Below are positions 1-10,774 of a DNA stretch of 64,000 nucleotides, in pieces; the stretch's first letter is position 1, and every line of letters starts with the position of its first letter. The DNA is taken from NCBI GenBank assembly GCA_039189765.1, contig JBCCYL010000027.1, forward strand, positions 9,923-73,922, in the 5' to 3' direction. Source of the stretch: Cyanobacteria bacterium P01_F01_bin.150 (GTDB taxonomy: Bacteria; Cyanobacteriota; Cyanobacteriia; CAKZMO01). The translations under genes were made by a program, and so were the position numbers. Under the pieces are notes generated by a model. The model was not told where the DNA came from, searched no databases, and saw only the letters and a list, made by a program, of their open reading frames with translations.

Positions 1-5
1 TATGC

Positions 6-1475
6 ATGATTAACGTCCCTGTCACTCTATTAGTAGCTCATATGAATTCAGCCACCAGCGACTTCCACAACCATCTGCAACAACAAAGAACATTATCATT
101 GGTGATTGAGAGAATTCGTCAGTCTCTCGATCTTCATACTATTTTTCAAACTACGACCGCAGAGGTTCGTCAACTATTAAAAGCCGATCGGGTAGGGGTA
201 GTGCAGCTTGATCCGACAACGGGATGGGATAGTGGGGAATTTGTTGCAGAATCGGTCCTTCCTAAATTTGATCAGGCATTGGCGAAGCGAGTTACAGACC
301 ATTGTTTTGGGGATGACTATGCGGATGATTATGCGAAAGGCCGTATTCATATGATCGATGACATTGCCAGCATCTCGATAAGTGAGTGTCATCGAAAAAT
401 CCTCGAACAGTTTCAAGTGAGAGCAAATTTGTTGGTGCCCCTCCACTCAGGCATGAAATTATGGGGCCTTCTCTGTATTCATCAATGCTCGGGTCCTCGG
501 AAGTGGCAATCATTTGAAATTGATTTTGTTTCCCAAATTGCAAACCATCTCAGCGTCGCGATCCAACAATCCGAGTTACTTCTCCAAACACGCCAACAAG
601 CTAAAAAACTTGAAGAAACCGTCGCCGATTTACAGCAGGTCCAAATCCAGTTAATCCAGGCAGAGAAGATGAGTACATTGGGGCAACTGGCTGCAGGAGT
701 GTCCCATGAAATTAATAATCCTGTTAACTTCATTTTTGGCAATCTCCAACATGTACAGAGCCATATTCAGCCATTAATAACCATGCTGAAAATCTATGAG
801 AAACACTGCCCTAAAAGCATTCCTGAGGTGGAAAAGGCGATCGCCCGTTTGGATATTGATTTTTTAGCTAGCGACCTGCCCAAGGTGCTTAAATCAATGA
901 AAATAGGGGCTCAACGCATCCAAGAGGTCGTGCAAAGCCTGCAAAATTTTACCCGTTTAGATGAGGCTGGCCTAAAGCCTATGAATTTAAATCAAAGCCT
1001 CGATCATGTTTTAGCCATGCTTCAGCATCGTTTGATCGCTCAAAACAATCGGTCAGAAATTCAGCTCGTCAAGCAGTACAGTAAATTACCTGATATTGAA
1101 GGGCTACCCGCAGCGTTTAACCAAGCCCTGATGAACATTATCGTCAATGCTGTTGATGCCCTAGATGGCCAAATGGGAACTAAACATACCTCTGCATTAA
1201 GACTCCTTAAGGATGATTTTACCCCTCAAATTCATATTGATACGTTGTGCCAAGAAGACTACATCCAAATAAGGATCGCAAATAATGGACCTTCTATCGC
1301 CAAGGAGGCGATCGCCAAATTATTTGAACCCTTTTTCTCAACTAAACCTGTTGGCCAGGGTACAGGTATGGGATTAGCCATCAGCAAACAAATCATAGAT
1401 TTTCATCAAGGTACATTGCAGTACCAACACAATGGCTCGCTAGAAACTACCTTTCAGATTCAACTCCCGGTTTAG
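6..1475 (+). CDS. GAF (DXCF cyanobacteriochrome-type) sensor histidine kinase
   Basis: IRQSLDL..IF GAF start, DHCF and ECH motifs, H-box GVSHEINNP, N-box NIIVNAVDA, FEPFFSTKPVGQGTGMGL. The frame is open to the window edge, so the start may differ. Confidence 0.9.
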   Translation: MINVPVTLLVAHMNSATSDFHNHLQQQRTLSLVIERIRQSLDLHTIFQTTTAEVRQLLKADRVGVVQLDPTTGWDSGEFVAESVLPKFDQALAKRVTDHCFGDDYADDYAKGRIHMIDDIASISISECHRKILEQFQVRANLLVPLHSGMKLWGLLCIHQCSGPRKWQSFEIDFVSQIANHLSVAIQQSELLLQTRQQAKKLEETVADLQQVQIQLIQAEKMSTLGQLAAGVSHEINNPVNFIFGNLQHVQSHIQPLITMLKIYEKHCPKSIPEVEKAIARLDIDFLASDLPKVLKSMKIGAQRIQEVVQSLQNFTRLDEAGLKPMNLNQSLDHVLAMLQHRLIAQNNRSEIQLVKQYSKLPDIEGLPAAFNQALMNIIVNAVDALDGQMGTKHTSALRLLKDDFTPQIHIDTLCQEDYIQIRIANNGPSIAKEAIAKLFEPFFSTKPVGQGTGMGLAISKQIIDFHQGTLQYQHNGSLETTFQIQLPV

Positions 1476-1635
1476 GGCCTACTATTTTAAGACTCGATAT
1501 TAGGAGACTTGCAGCACATCCGTCCTATCTATCCTCATTGAATACAGCTATACGCTTTAGCAAAAACGCTAGGCATTTTCATAATACAGTTGTAGTATTG
1601 AAGAGCGTATCTTGCTAAAAAATAAGAGGAAAATT

Positions 1636-1998
1636 ATGCAAACGATTAATCGGTCAACGACAATAGCTCGCACTATGCAGCGTAAATCCACCACAGAGAT
1701 GGAAGTCACAAGTATCCGATTAGAAAAAGAGCTAAAAGAAAAATTGAAGACCTTGTCGGGTAATCAAGGCTATCAGTCACTCATTCGCGATATTTTGTGG
1801 AACTATGTCTGGCAGAAATCAGAGGACTATCAGGCCAAAATGTCTGTTGATGAGATTAAAGCCAGCGTGCCTGCGATCGCCCGTCAAGAGCAGCGTTGTG
1901 TAGTAACGGGCACAATGATTAAGTCTGGTGAACCGATGCTCCTCGGCCTCACTCCTCAAGGCGATATGGTTCCTCTCAGTTGCGATAGTGTTTCCTAA
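1636..1998 (+). CDS. Ribbon-helix-helix (CopG/Arc-like) DNA-binding protein
   Basis: VTSIRLEKELKEKLK..GYQSLIRDIL RHH pattern; GAGGA RBS before ATG 1636. Confidence 0.75.
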   Translation: MQTINRSTTIARTMQRKSTTEMEVTSIRLEKELKEKLKTLSGNQGYQSLIRDILWNYVWQKSEDYQAKMSVDEIKASVPAIARQEQRCVVTGTMIKSGEPMLLGLTPQGDMVPLSCDSVS

Positions 1999-2097
1999 CC
2001 CCTTTTGATTTCTTTAATGGCGATTGCACTAAACCGCCAGCCATAGACCAGCCAGCCTGTGCAAAGTATGGCCTGATGACAGACAGAGACCATTCCG

Positions 2098-3351
2098 CTA
2101 CGGGTCCAGCAACGTCTGGAAAAAAGGATCGCGATTGCCCAGGGATTCATAGAAAAAGAAGGAAATCCCAGAAAAGTTGCGGTCCCGTGCCGCCTGAACC
2201 TGTTGGGCAATTAAATTATTGTCAGTCGGTCGGTTCCTTAACCCCGATAGGATGCCGATACTAATAGGCAATTGTCCCTTTAAACTCTCCAATCGAGGTC
2301 GTTCTAATTCGCCAATAAAAGACTCAACGCTGCCCCGGTAAACCTGAATAATCAAATCGTCTAACAACCCCAAGCGATGCCACTGTTCCCAATCCTGAAG
2401 GAACTTATCTTTAGCAAACGGTTGGGGATTTGGAGACAGGGAAATATGGCAATCGGGGTCAATGGCCTGGACCTCGCTAACAAGGCGCTGCATCAGGCGG
2501 GTGATATTATCGGATCGCCACTGAACCCAGGCTGGATTGTTGATGTCTGTTGGGGGAGATTGTCCATTATGGCTCTGGCGGTATTGATCGACCGTGTAGG
2601 GGTCATAGCCCAGCTCAACGGGCATGCCAAAATGGTCATCCAACTGAATCCCATCCACATCGTAATTGCGAACCACTTCAGTAATAATGCCCACCAATAG
2701 CTCTTGGACCTCTGGCTTCAGCGGATTGAGCCACACGCGGGGATGGCGACCTTGCATGACAACAGAGGTGCCATCCTGGCGCTGATTGAGCCAATCAGGA
2801 TGGCGGCGGGCCAGTTCTGAGTAGGAGGGGGTCATCAAGCCAAACTCAAACCAAGGCATGATAGTCAACCCCTGGGAATGACTCTGGTCCACTAGTTCCT
2901 GTAGCGGATCGCGATTTTGCATCCCAACATGGGGATCGATTGATTCACCGATCGCGTCTTGGGCGATCGCGCTTGGATAAAGAGTATAGCCCCAGTTCCA
3001 CACCGTTGGAAATAAGGTATTGAAATTGAGCCGAGCTAGGCGTTCAACTCCATGCCGCACTTCTGAGGAGGAAAATAGCACCCCACTGTCAATATTTGTT
3101 AGCCAGACTCCTCGGAGTTCATCCGGGGCACTGACCTTTGCCATTACAGTATTGGAGGATTGGGCCGTGGCGAGTTCAGACAGTATCGGGGGAGACCAAG
3201 GGGATATGTTGAGGAATAAGGCCATGCTGATTCCAACGATGACCAACCATTGTAGCTGCGCTCTCCCAGATAATTCTAATCTAGTTCGAGCATTGGCTTG
3301 GAGGAATTGGAATAATCTCGCTAATGTCTGATGCCAGTTTTGCCATCTCAT
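2098..3351 (-). CDS. Glycoside hydrolase family 10-like (DUF187/YddW) protein
   Basis: ELRGVWLTN, WFEFG, VWLNP..PEVQ, YDVDGIQLDDHF motifs; N-terminal hydrophobic segment. Confidence 0.9.
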   Translation of the reverse strand: MRWQNWHQTLARLFQFLQANARTRLELSGRAQLQWLVIVGISMALFLNISPWSPPILSELATAQSSNTVMAKVSAPDELRGVWLTNIDSGVLFSSSEVRHGVERLARLNFNTLFPTVWNWGYTLYPSAIAQDAIGESIDPHVGMQNRDPLQELVDQSHSQGLTIMPWFEFGLMTPSYSELARRHPDWLNQRQDGTSVVMQGRHPRVWLNPLKPEVQELLVGIITEVVRNYDVDGIQLDDHFGMPVELGYDPYTVDQYRQSHNGQSPPTDINNPAWVQWRSDNITRLMQRLVSEVQAIDPDCHISLSPNPQPFAKDKFLQDWEQWHRLGLLDDLIIQVYRGSVESFIGELERPRLESLKGQLPISIGILSGLRNRPTDNNLIAQQVQAARDRNFSGISFFFYESLGNRDPFFQTLLDP

Positions 3352-3717
3352 ACCAATATCCTTCTATCTCACAGATGCATGTCTTCCATTGATTAACTAG
3401 CACTTGATTGTCTGCAATAATCCCCGCTAATCTCAGTATTTTATGACTAGTTTTTACAAAACATTGACAAAACTAGGTTTCTGCATGGCAACATGAATCA
3501 TCTCAGTACAAATAAACTAAACTTGCTCTTTTGGGCTAAAGCAACGACAGTGTCTGCAACATTAAGTGAAAGTGCTACCTATGCAAAGACTAACATCCCA
3601 CACCAACAATCCAGGCAAGGCAGTTAAACTAATGCTATTCAAATGGACCTCTCAAACCGCATTGGCCAAAATTGGGTGTATGGTCAGGTAGGGCAAACAG
3701 CAATGCCATCTCTAGGG

Positions 3718-4113
3718 CTAGCTAGCCATTAGCGACTTGATTTTGTCAACAAATTCCTGGTGATCGACTACTGGTTTGGAAATATATCCATCAGCACCAC
3801 TTTGCTTGAGGAAGGCTTCGCGATCGCCCTGCATCGCATGGGCAGTGACTAGGATAATAGGCACAGAAGCGGTTTCCGGATCAGCTTTAAGCATTTGAGT
3901 GATTTTAATCCCATCGACGGGTTTGCCATCATAAACGCTTTTAGACAGGGAAACGTCCATTAGAATAACGTCGGCCTCGTGAGCCTTGGCAATTTGTAAG
4001 ACTTCCTCCACGTCCTCCGTATGCTTGACCTCTAGCCCTCCTCGTTTGGTCAGAATTTTGGAGAACACCCGTGCATTAATTAGGTCGTCTTCTACAATCA
4101 ATACCTTTTTCAT
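3718..4113 (-). CDS. Single-domain response regulator (DivK/CheY-like)
   Basis: VLIVEDD, ILMDVSL, VTAHAM, GYISKP receiver motifs; 131 aa. Confidence 0.9.
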   Translation of the reverse strand: MKKVLIVEDDLINARVFSKILTKRGGLEVKHTEDVEEVLQIAKAHEADVILMDVSLSKSVYDGKPVDGIKITQMLKADPETASVPIILVTAHAMQGDREAFLKQSGADGYISKPVVDHQEFVDKIKSLMAS

Positions 4114-4598
4114 ACCTATGTCCTATAACACTGCGCAAGATGAAGTAATACCAAGATTATGGTTTGATACTACCTTGGGATATGGCCCTCAAATTGCCGA
4201 TCTAGATATCCACTTTATGGATACTCTTTTGATGGGATTTATTATCCCATTTCAGATTCACAACAATTTGCTTAAATAAAGGATTCACATCCCGCTAACG
4301 TAATATTTCATAATCATACTGATTTCAACCTGACTTCACCCTAGATTTATGTTTCGTCTGTTCCCTTTCTCTGGCCTCGACGCTATTGTATCGTTCGATT
4401 CAGATAAGTTCCTTAACCTATCTGCCTTTCCAGGAGGGTTCGCTTTGGGTCGAAATACAACTGACGGTAAGAGTCGTCCCCCCCAGAATTGCCCCCAAAA
4501 TTAAAACTTGAAGATGTACTAGGTGGCTGACGATAAGCTGCCTGGTTATGCAATACACTCCACCCCTAACGCGCTCAGGTCAAGAACAACCAATTATC

Positions 4599-7118
4599 AT
4601 GGCAAAACAGCTCAATATGCTTTCCTCTGGTCAGATTATTCCCACTGCGCTCCACTCAGAAGTACAGCAATCATATTTGGAATATGCCATGAGTGTGATT
4701 GTGGGACGAGCCTTGCCGGATGTGCGAGATGGGTTAAAACCTGTACACCGGCGCATTTTATACGCGATGCATGAATTGGGATTAGTCCCCGACCGGCCCT
4801 ATCGTAAATGCGCTCGTGTGGTGGGAGACGTGCTGGGTAAATATCATCCCCATGGCGATCAGTCGGTGTACGATGCTCTGGTGCGGATGGTGCAGGATTT
4901 TTCCAGTCGCTACCCAGTCCTAGCGGGCCACGGGAACTTTGGTTCGGTGGACAACGACCCGCCAGCGGCCATGCGATACACAGAGACCCGTTTGGCCCCC
5001 ATTGGCAACGATGCGCTACTGGAAGAAATTGGCGAGGCCACGGTCGATTTTATCGACAACTTTGATAATTCCCAGCAGGAACCGGTCGTACTACCAGCCC
5101 AACTGCCGTTTCTTTTGTTAAACGGTAGTTCAGGTATTGCTGTGGGGATGGCCACTAATGTACCGCCCCATAATCTAAAAGAAGTTGTGGATGGGTTAAT
5201 TGCCCTGATTGATCGCCCTACGATCTCTGATGAAAAATTATTTAGCATCATTCCAGGGCCCGACTTTCCCACCGGTGGAGAAATCATCGGGCGTAAGGGC
5301 ATTGAAGACGCATACACCACAGGGCGGGGTAGTATTCCTGTCCGGGGCGTGACCCATACGGAGGAGGTCCAGACGGGCCGCGGTAAGCGACGACGTACGG
5401 CGATTATTGTCACCGAACTGCCGTTTCAGGTTAACAAGGCAAGCTGTATCGAGAAAATTGCCACTCTGGTCAACAACGATAAGCTTAGGGGCATTGCGGA
5501 TATTCGAGATGAGAGCGATCGCGACGGCATGAGGGTCGTGATCGAGTTACGACCTGGAGTCTCCCCAGAACCTATTTTAGAAAATCTCTATCGTCTGACG
5601 CCATTGCAATCAAACTTTGGCGCGATCTTTTTGGCTTTGCGTGATGGGCAGCCCAGTCAGCTGGGGCTACGGGACCTGCTCCAGTGTTTTCTCGAATTTC
5701 GTGAAGATACTCTTAATCGTCAATATGGCTATGAGCTGGAGCAGGCTCAAGATCGAATTCACATTGTGGAAGGGCTACTGTTGGCGTTGGAAAATATCGA
5801 CGACGTGATTGATATTTTACGCAATGCGCCGGATGGGGCCACGGCTAAGGTGGAAATGCAGGAACAGTTGGGGATGAGCGATCGCCAATCCGATGCAATT
5901 CTCGCCATGCCAATGCGGCGTTTAACTGGACTAGAGCGGCAGAAACTGCAAACGGAATATGATGAACTGTCCGATCGCATTGCCACCCTTGAAAATCTGC
6001 TAACAAACCGCAAGGAATTGCTGAAGGTTCTCAAAAAAGATTTGCGATCCATCAAGAAAAAGTTTGGCGATGACCGCCGCACTCGTATCATCAGTGAAGC
6101 AGAACGGGCGGAAGAGAAAGAACGCCTGGCAGAAGTCAAGGCCGAGAATGAAGCCAATGCGGAAGATGTGGTCCTGGAGTTTACTAACCAGGGCTACGTC
6201 AAACGGTCCTCTAAAAAAGCCTTTGAGCGACGGCAGGCGAAACAGGAGGTTGAGACTATTGCTGATACGTTGGAGGAACCGGATGAAGAAGTCGTCATTT
6301 GCACTGAAACCGCTCCCACCACCCAGGAAATTTTGTTGTTTACCCAGGATGGGAAAGCCTACAGCGCTAAGGTTAGCGATATTCCCCAAACAACGCGGAA
6401 TTCCAGAGGCACTCCGATCATTACGCTGTTTCCCTCCTCTGTCAGCGCAGAATTGGGTGCGGAGGCACTGGTTGCCCATGTCCTCAAGCCCATGACCGAT
6501 TTGCTACCAGACGTGATTTTAATTACCCGCCAGGGTCGGATTAAGCGGCTTGCCCTCAGTGAATTTGAGAAGATGACGAGTCGCGGCATCACTGCGATTA
6601 AAGTTAAAGATGGGGACGAGCTGCTCCAGGTGATGTTGGCAGAGGAAGGGGACCAAGTGATTGCGGCCACCTCTGGCGGTCGCCTGATTCGATTCTCGGT
6701 GAACGATGAGCAGATGCCGCGTATGGGACGCACGGCCCAAGGCAATATGGTGATGCGCCTAAGTAAACGGGAAACGTTTTTGGGTGGGGTTATTACTACA
6801 CCGGATGATGCTGAGATTTTGCTGGTGACGGCCCAAGGCTATGCGATGCGGATGCTGACGATTTCTCTTAAGTTAGGGGCACGAGGCGGTATCGGTGTCC
6901 AGTGCATTCATTTCCAGGCTAAATCAGATTCGCTGGCTGCTATTAGTTTGGTGCGGGTTAACAGTCAAATGCTGATATTTACAAAAGGCGATCGCCTCGC
7001 CCAGCTATCTGCTGACAAGGTGCCTGTTCAGGCTCGTAATGACAATGGTAAACGATGGCTAAAGGTACCGAAGAAAGATGCAATTGTGAAGGTAACAATC
7101 GGGGGGGGCGATCGCTGA
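4599..7118 (+). CDS. gyrA: DNA gyrase/topoisomerase IV subunit A (cyanobacterial second GyrA paralog)
   Basis: [27 protein letters not shown] catalytic Tyr, C-terminal beta-pinwheel repeats; probable start MAKQLN at 4599. Confidence 0.93.
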   Translation: MAKQLNMLSSGQIIPTALHSEVQQSYLEYAMSVIVGRALPDVRDGLKPVHRRILYAMHELGLVPDRPYRKCARVVGDVLGKYHPHGDQSVYDALVRMVQDFSSRYPVLAGHGNFGSVDNDPPAAMRYTETRLAPIGNDALLEEIGEATVDFIDNFDNSQQEPVVLPAQLPFLLLNGSSGIAVGMATNVPPHNLKEVVDGLIALIDRPTISDEKLFSIIPGPDFPTGGEIIGRKGIEDAYTTGRGSIPVRGVTHTEEVQTGRGKRRRTAIIVTELPFQVNKASCIEKIATLVNNDKLRGIADIRDESDRDGMRVVIELRPGVSPEPILENLYRLTPLQSNFGAIFLALRDGQPSQLGLRDLLQCFLEFREDTLNRQYGYELEQAQDRIHIVEGLLLALENIDDVIDILRNAPDGATAKVEMQEQLGMSDRQSDAILAMPMRRLTGLERQKLQTEYDELSDRIATLENLLTNRKELLKVLKKDLRSIKKKFGDDRRTRIISEAERAEEKERLAEVKAENEANAEDVVLEFTNQGYVKRSSKKAFERRQAKQEVETIADTLEEPDEEVVICTETAPTTQEILLFTQDGKAYSAKVSDIPQTTRNSRGTPIITLFPSSVSAELGAEALVAHVLKPMTDLLPDVILITRQGRIKRLALSEFEKMTSRGITAIKVKDGDELLQVMLAEEGDQVIAATSGGRLIRFSVNDEQMPRMGRTAQGNMVMRLSKRETFLGGVITTPDDAEILLVTAQGYAMRMLTISLKLGARGGIGVQCIHFQAKSDSLAAISLVRVNSQMLIFTKGDRLAQLSADKVPVQARNDNGKRWLKVPKKDAIVKVTIGGGDR

Positions 7119-7449
7119 TGATGAGGCTACGTCGGCAAAAGGCGGTTGATACCTGTACCCTCCTAGGGGTGAAATGACCCATTGGCAGATGACACCGGAG
7201 CAATGGCACGATAAGCCAGTGCCGTTTGAGGACTTCAGAGCGGTCCAGCGCTGGGATGATGATGCTTATCCGTTGGTGACCTTTGGCGCTGGTGCCTTAG
7301 TGGCGGTGGATCGACCCCATGCCCACCGAATCGCAAATCGCTCTGGAGAAAATTTGGTGACGCTTCATTTTAGACTGGTACATCCGCCGGTGGATGGATA
7401 CTGGCGGGCAACGCACAATACTCCTAAAAAAAACTCACTTTTATGGTAA
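7118..7449 (+). pseudogene. Possible degraded cupin / cysteine dioxygenase-like gene
   Basis: ORF 7174-7449 has a cupin motif-2-like GALVAVDRPHAHRIAN...VTLHF. A short ORF from ATG 7118 (overlapping the gyrA stop) is one base out of frame at a GGGG run near 7166-7169. Confidence 0.35.
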
Positions 7450-7513
7450 TTTTGCACTTGTTATGTTGGCTGCGCCGACACAACAAGTGAGAGGCTAAAA
7501 TCTAAAATCAACT

Positions 7514-8401
7514 ATGTGGAATATTATTGCTGACCGTATCAGCCAAGCAACTCAAAAACCATTTGCTATTGATCGGCAGCGATCAGTGGGTGGAGGGGAT
7601 GTTAATCAGGCCTACGAAATTGTGGACCAATCCCATCAGCAGATCTATGGCGGCGAAAAAACTTACTTTCTCAAGTTAAATGATGCCAGTCGTGTCAATA
7701 TGTTTGAGGCAGAGGCATTAGGACTAAGAGAAATGGCTGAAACCCAGACGATTCAGGCGCCACGACCTATATGTTGGGGAACAGCAGATGGGTCTGCTTA
7801 TATTGTGATGGAATGGTTGGAGATTGGGCGTGGATCTCGCCAATCCTGGGCAAAGATGGGGCAGCAGTTAGCTGAGATGCATCGAGTTACGAATCCCAAG
7901 GGCTTTGGCTGGAACCAAAATAATACGATTGGCTTTATTCCTCAGATCAATGATTGGACCGATTCATGGTCAACGTTTTGGCGTGATTATCGGATTGGCT
8001 ATCAGTTGAAGTTAGCACGAAAGCGTGGGGGAAATTTTCCTTGTCAGGATGAATTTTTACAAGCTATTCCCGAATTATTGATGGACCATGATCCTCAGCC
8101 ATCGCTGGTGCATGGAGATTTATGGTCGGGAAATGCGGCAGTGACTCAAGCAGGCAATCCAATTATCTTTGATCCGGCGACCTACTATGGCGATCGCGAG
8201 GTTGATTTAGCTATGAGTGAGCTATTTGGTCGCTTTCCTAATGAATTTTATGCGGCCTATGATGCGGCCTATCCAATAAATTCAGGGTATGAGCGGCGTA
8301 AAACCTTTTACAACCTGTACCATATCCTCAATCACTTCAATCAATTTGGCGGGGGCTACGGGGCGCAGGCTAATTCGATGATGGAACGACTGCTGGGTTG
8401 A
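7514..8401 (+). CDS. Fructosamine kinase family protein
   Basis: VGGGDVN, MFEAEALGL, LVHGDLWSGN, FDPATYYGDREVDLAM. Confidence 0.93.
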   Translation: MWNIIADRISQATQKPFAIDRQRSVGGGDVNQAYEIVDQSHQQIYGGEKTYFLKLNDASRVNMFEAEALGLREMAETQTIQAPRPICWGTADGSAYIVMEWLEIGRGSRQSWAKMGQQLAEMHRVTNPKGFGWNQNNTIGFIPQINDWTDSWSTFWRDYRIGYQLKLARKRGGNFPCQDEFLQAIPELLMDHDPQPSLVHGDLWSGNAAVTQAGNPIIFDPATYYGDREVDLAMSELFGRFPNEFYAAYDAAYPINSGYERRKTFYNLYHILNHFNQFGGGYGAQANSMMERLLG

Positions 8402-8456
8402 ATTTGGCTGCATTCGACAGGCTCGGCACAAGTTTTGGGTTTTAGAAAGCTTTCTT

Positions 8457-9314
8457 TTACCGACGGCGGTTGGATAAGCCAGAGAATGCCCAGTTTAAAG
8501 GCTGGGGGCGTCGATTGTACTGTTGATTTCCGGCATGACTTCTTGTGGGAGAGGCAAGGTGGATAAGATAGTCCACAAGCCAGGGCGCGATTTTGCTAGC
8601 GAACACTGCTAAGTGACTTTGCCAGCCAACGAGAATTTCAGAGGTGTCTCTTTTGAGACCTTGCATCAGCGCGATCGCCACTCGTTCAGGGGTCATAGGC
8701 GTCATCCAGCGGAACTGTTGAATGTCACGAACCATGTCGGTATCGGTGAGCGTTGGCAGTAGGGATACTACCTTTATATTTGCTGGCGCTAACTCTCTAC
8801 GCAATGCTTGGGTAAAGCCGACTAATGCAAATTTCGTCGCTGAATAGGTCGCCATAGTTGGGGCACCAATTTTACCCATCAGGCTGGAAACATTGACAAT
8901 CGCCCCTTCTTGTCGATCCGCCATATGACTGCCAATGAGCCGGGTGATAGTGTAAGTGCCTACTAGATTTGTGGCAATTTCATGGGTGATTTGATGATGG
9001 TGCGATCGCAAAAAAGGCTGTTGATGAGCCACTCCGGCACAGTTAATCAGGATTTGAATCGGACCATCATCATGCCAAGTTTGGTCAACTTCGATGCTGA
9101 CTTCAGGCGAATGAGTCAAGTCCATTGGTCGCACTATTGCTTTAACAGATGGGTTTAGAGACGCAATCTCATTCGCAACTTCCTCTAGGCGGGAACGGTT
9201 GCGAGAAACGAGGATGAGCCGCTGAATACCTTGACGGGCAAATTCAAGGGCGATCGCCCGTCCGATTCCACGAGAGGCTCCCGTTACTAGGGCTGTTTTT
9301 CCTTGAATTTTCAT
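8457..9314 (-). CDS. SDR family NAD(P)-dependent oxidoreductase
   Basis: TGASRGIG, INCAG, NVSS, YSATK catalytic motif; GGAG RBS before MKIQGK (start 9314 or 9320). Confidence 0.92.
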   Translation of the reverse strand: MKIQGKTALVTGASRGIGRAIALEFARQGIQRLILVSRNRSRLEEVANEIASLNPSVKAIVRPMDLTHSPEVSIEVDQTWHDDGPIQILINCAGVAHQQPFLRSHHHQITHEIATNLVGTYTITRLIGSHMADRQEGAIVNVSSLMGKIGAPTMATYSATKFALVGFTQALRRELAPANIKVVSLLPTLTDTDMVRDIQQFRWMTPMTPERVAIALMQGLKRDTSEILVGWQSHLAVFASKIAPWLVDYLIHLASPTRSHAGNQQYNRRPQPLNWAFSGLSNRRR

Positions 9315-10146
9315 AATCATATCTCCAACAGAAAGGGGGTTCTTGAATCCTTGCTTGATGCCTTGCAACCAATTCTTAATCGTGTTGCAACCGAACGAGC
9401 AGTGAGCAATCACTCATCAATTAGTCTTGATGGGCTATTCAGGGACAACAGATACTGGCAAACGGATACGTGTATCTGCGGGTGAATGATTAATATTTGC
9501 CCCAATCAAAAGGGGCTAGGCAATTAGCTGAAAATGATAGAAAAATAAAATTTTGTAAACTTTACTGGCAACTGGACGAGTAAATAAAACTGATTGTTCC
9601 CTTCGATTTTGGGAGTCAACCAATGTAATTGAAACGGTATTCAAAAATACACCCTTCCAATTATCTCTATTTTTTCAAAAATCTCCTTGCTTGATAAACG
9701 TTATAGGCGTTTTATTTTGATTGGTGAATGATATGTGACAAAACAAAGATTGACATTGATCACATGGCCATACGCTAACGCTAGCATTTATTAATCGCAA
9801 TCATTCTTAGCAAAAAATATTTATTGCAATAAAAAGACATGTTTTTATCATTTTTGTGGATGTGTGATCTCTATCAATGGCCCCCGAAAAAGCCCGTAAT
9901 CATGTGATCCCGTTGCTTGGTCCCAATGGGGCCAAGGTTCATGATTCTGAGAAGATGCGGGGGCAACGGTTTGTCAGTCAACCAGGGTCTGAGGGCAGTG
10001 CTTAGCCTGAACGGAACTTAGTCGAGTTTAGAAAGATTTGATCCCATTACATTTTTTGTTGCAATCGAGATTTCCCAATAAGATGCGAGACAATCAAACG
10101 TGGTCTTAATTTTGGGTGTTCGTTTTTTAATTAGGTAACAAATGCT

Positions 10147-10662
10147 ATGTCAATAAAACGATGGCAAAAAGTTCTGGCCCCTCTATTTCTTAGTGTGCTT
10201 TTGTTGGTCTCTGGTTGTGGTTCAGGGCCAGCACCTTCTCCTTACGATCAGGTTCAACAAGAAACGTCAGGGTCCCAAGCACCTGCGGTTGCTGGCGAGG
10301 CCGTTCAAGGCAGCAATTTCAACGCCCTCTTCCCTGATGCCGCAGATGGCTTTGATGTGGTTCCTTCCCAAGAAAAGCAAGGATTTGCGGAATACAAGTT
10401 AAAGAAAGACGGCACAACGATGGCGATGCTGTCGATTAACGATACCGTTAGCAACCCCGATGCAGCCGCTAAATTTGCCAACAGTGATCGCTCCGTAGCG
10501 GGGTATCCAGCCGTTGATATTGGTTCTAAACAGACAGCTATTCTGGTGGGCGACCGCTTTCAAGTAAAGGTGCAATCCCGAGATGATGCTTTTGCAAAAG
10601 GCGATCGCGAAGCCTGGCTTGGTAAGTTTAACCTGAGAGGCTTAGCTAATCTAAGTCCGTAG
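10147..10662 (+). CDS. Conserved hypothetical lipoprotein
   Basis: Signal peptide with lipobox LVSGC; 171-aa ORF with normal composition. Confidence 0.75.
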   Translation: MSIKRWQKVLAPLFLSVLLLVSGCGSGPAPSPYDQVQQETSGSQAPAVAGEAVQGSNFNALFPDAADGFDVVPSQEKQGFAEYKLKKDGTTMAMLSINDTVSNPDAAAKFANSDRSVAGYPAVDIGSKQTAILVGDRFQVKVQSRDDAFAKGDREAWLGKFNLRGLANLSP

Positions 10663-10774
10663 ATCGTGAGTAGCACCGTTCGTCCTTTCAATTCCCAAAG
10701 AGTATGGATTTCGTGCTCCATAAGTGAGCGATTTGAAAACGTCATATTATTCTTTATCACCGGGGAGACCTATT

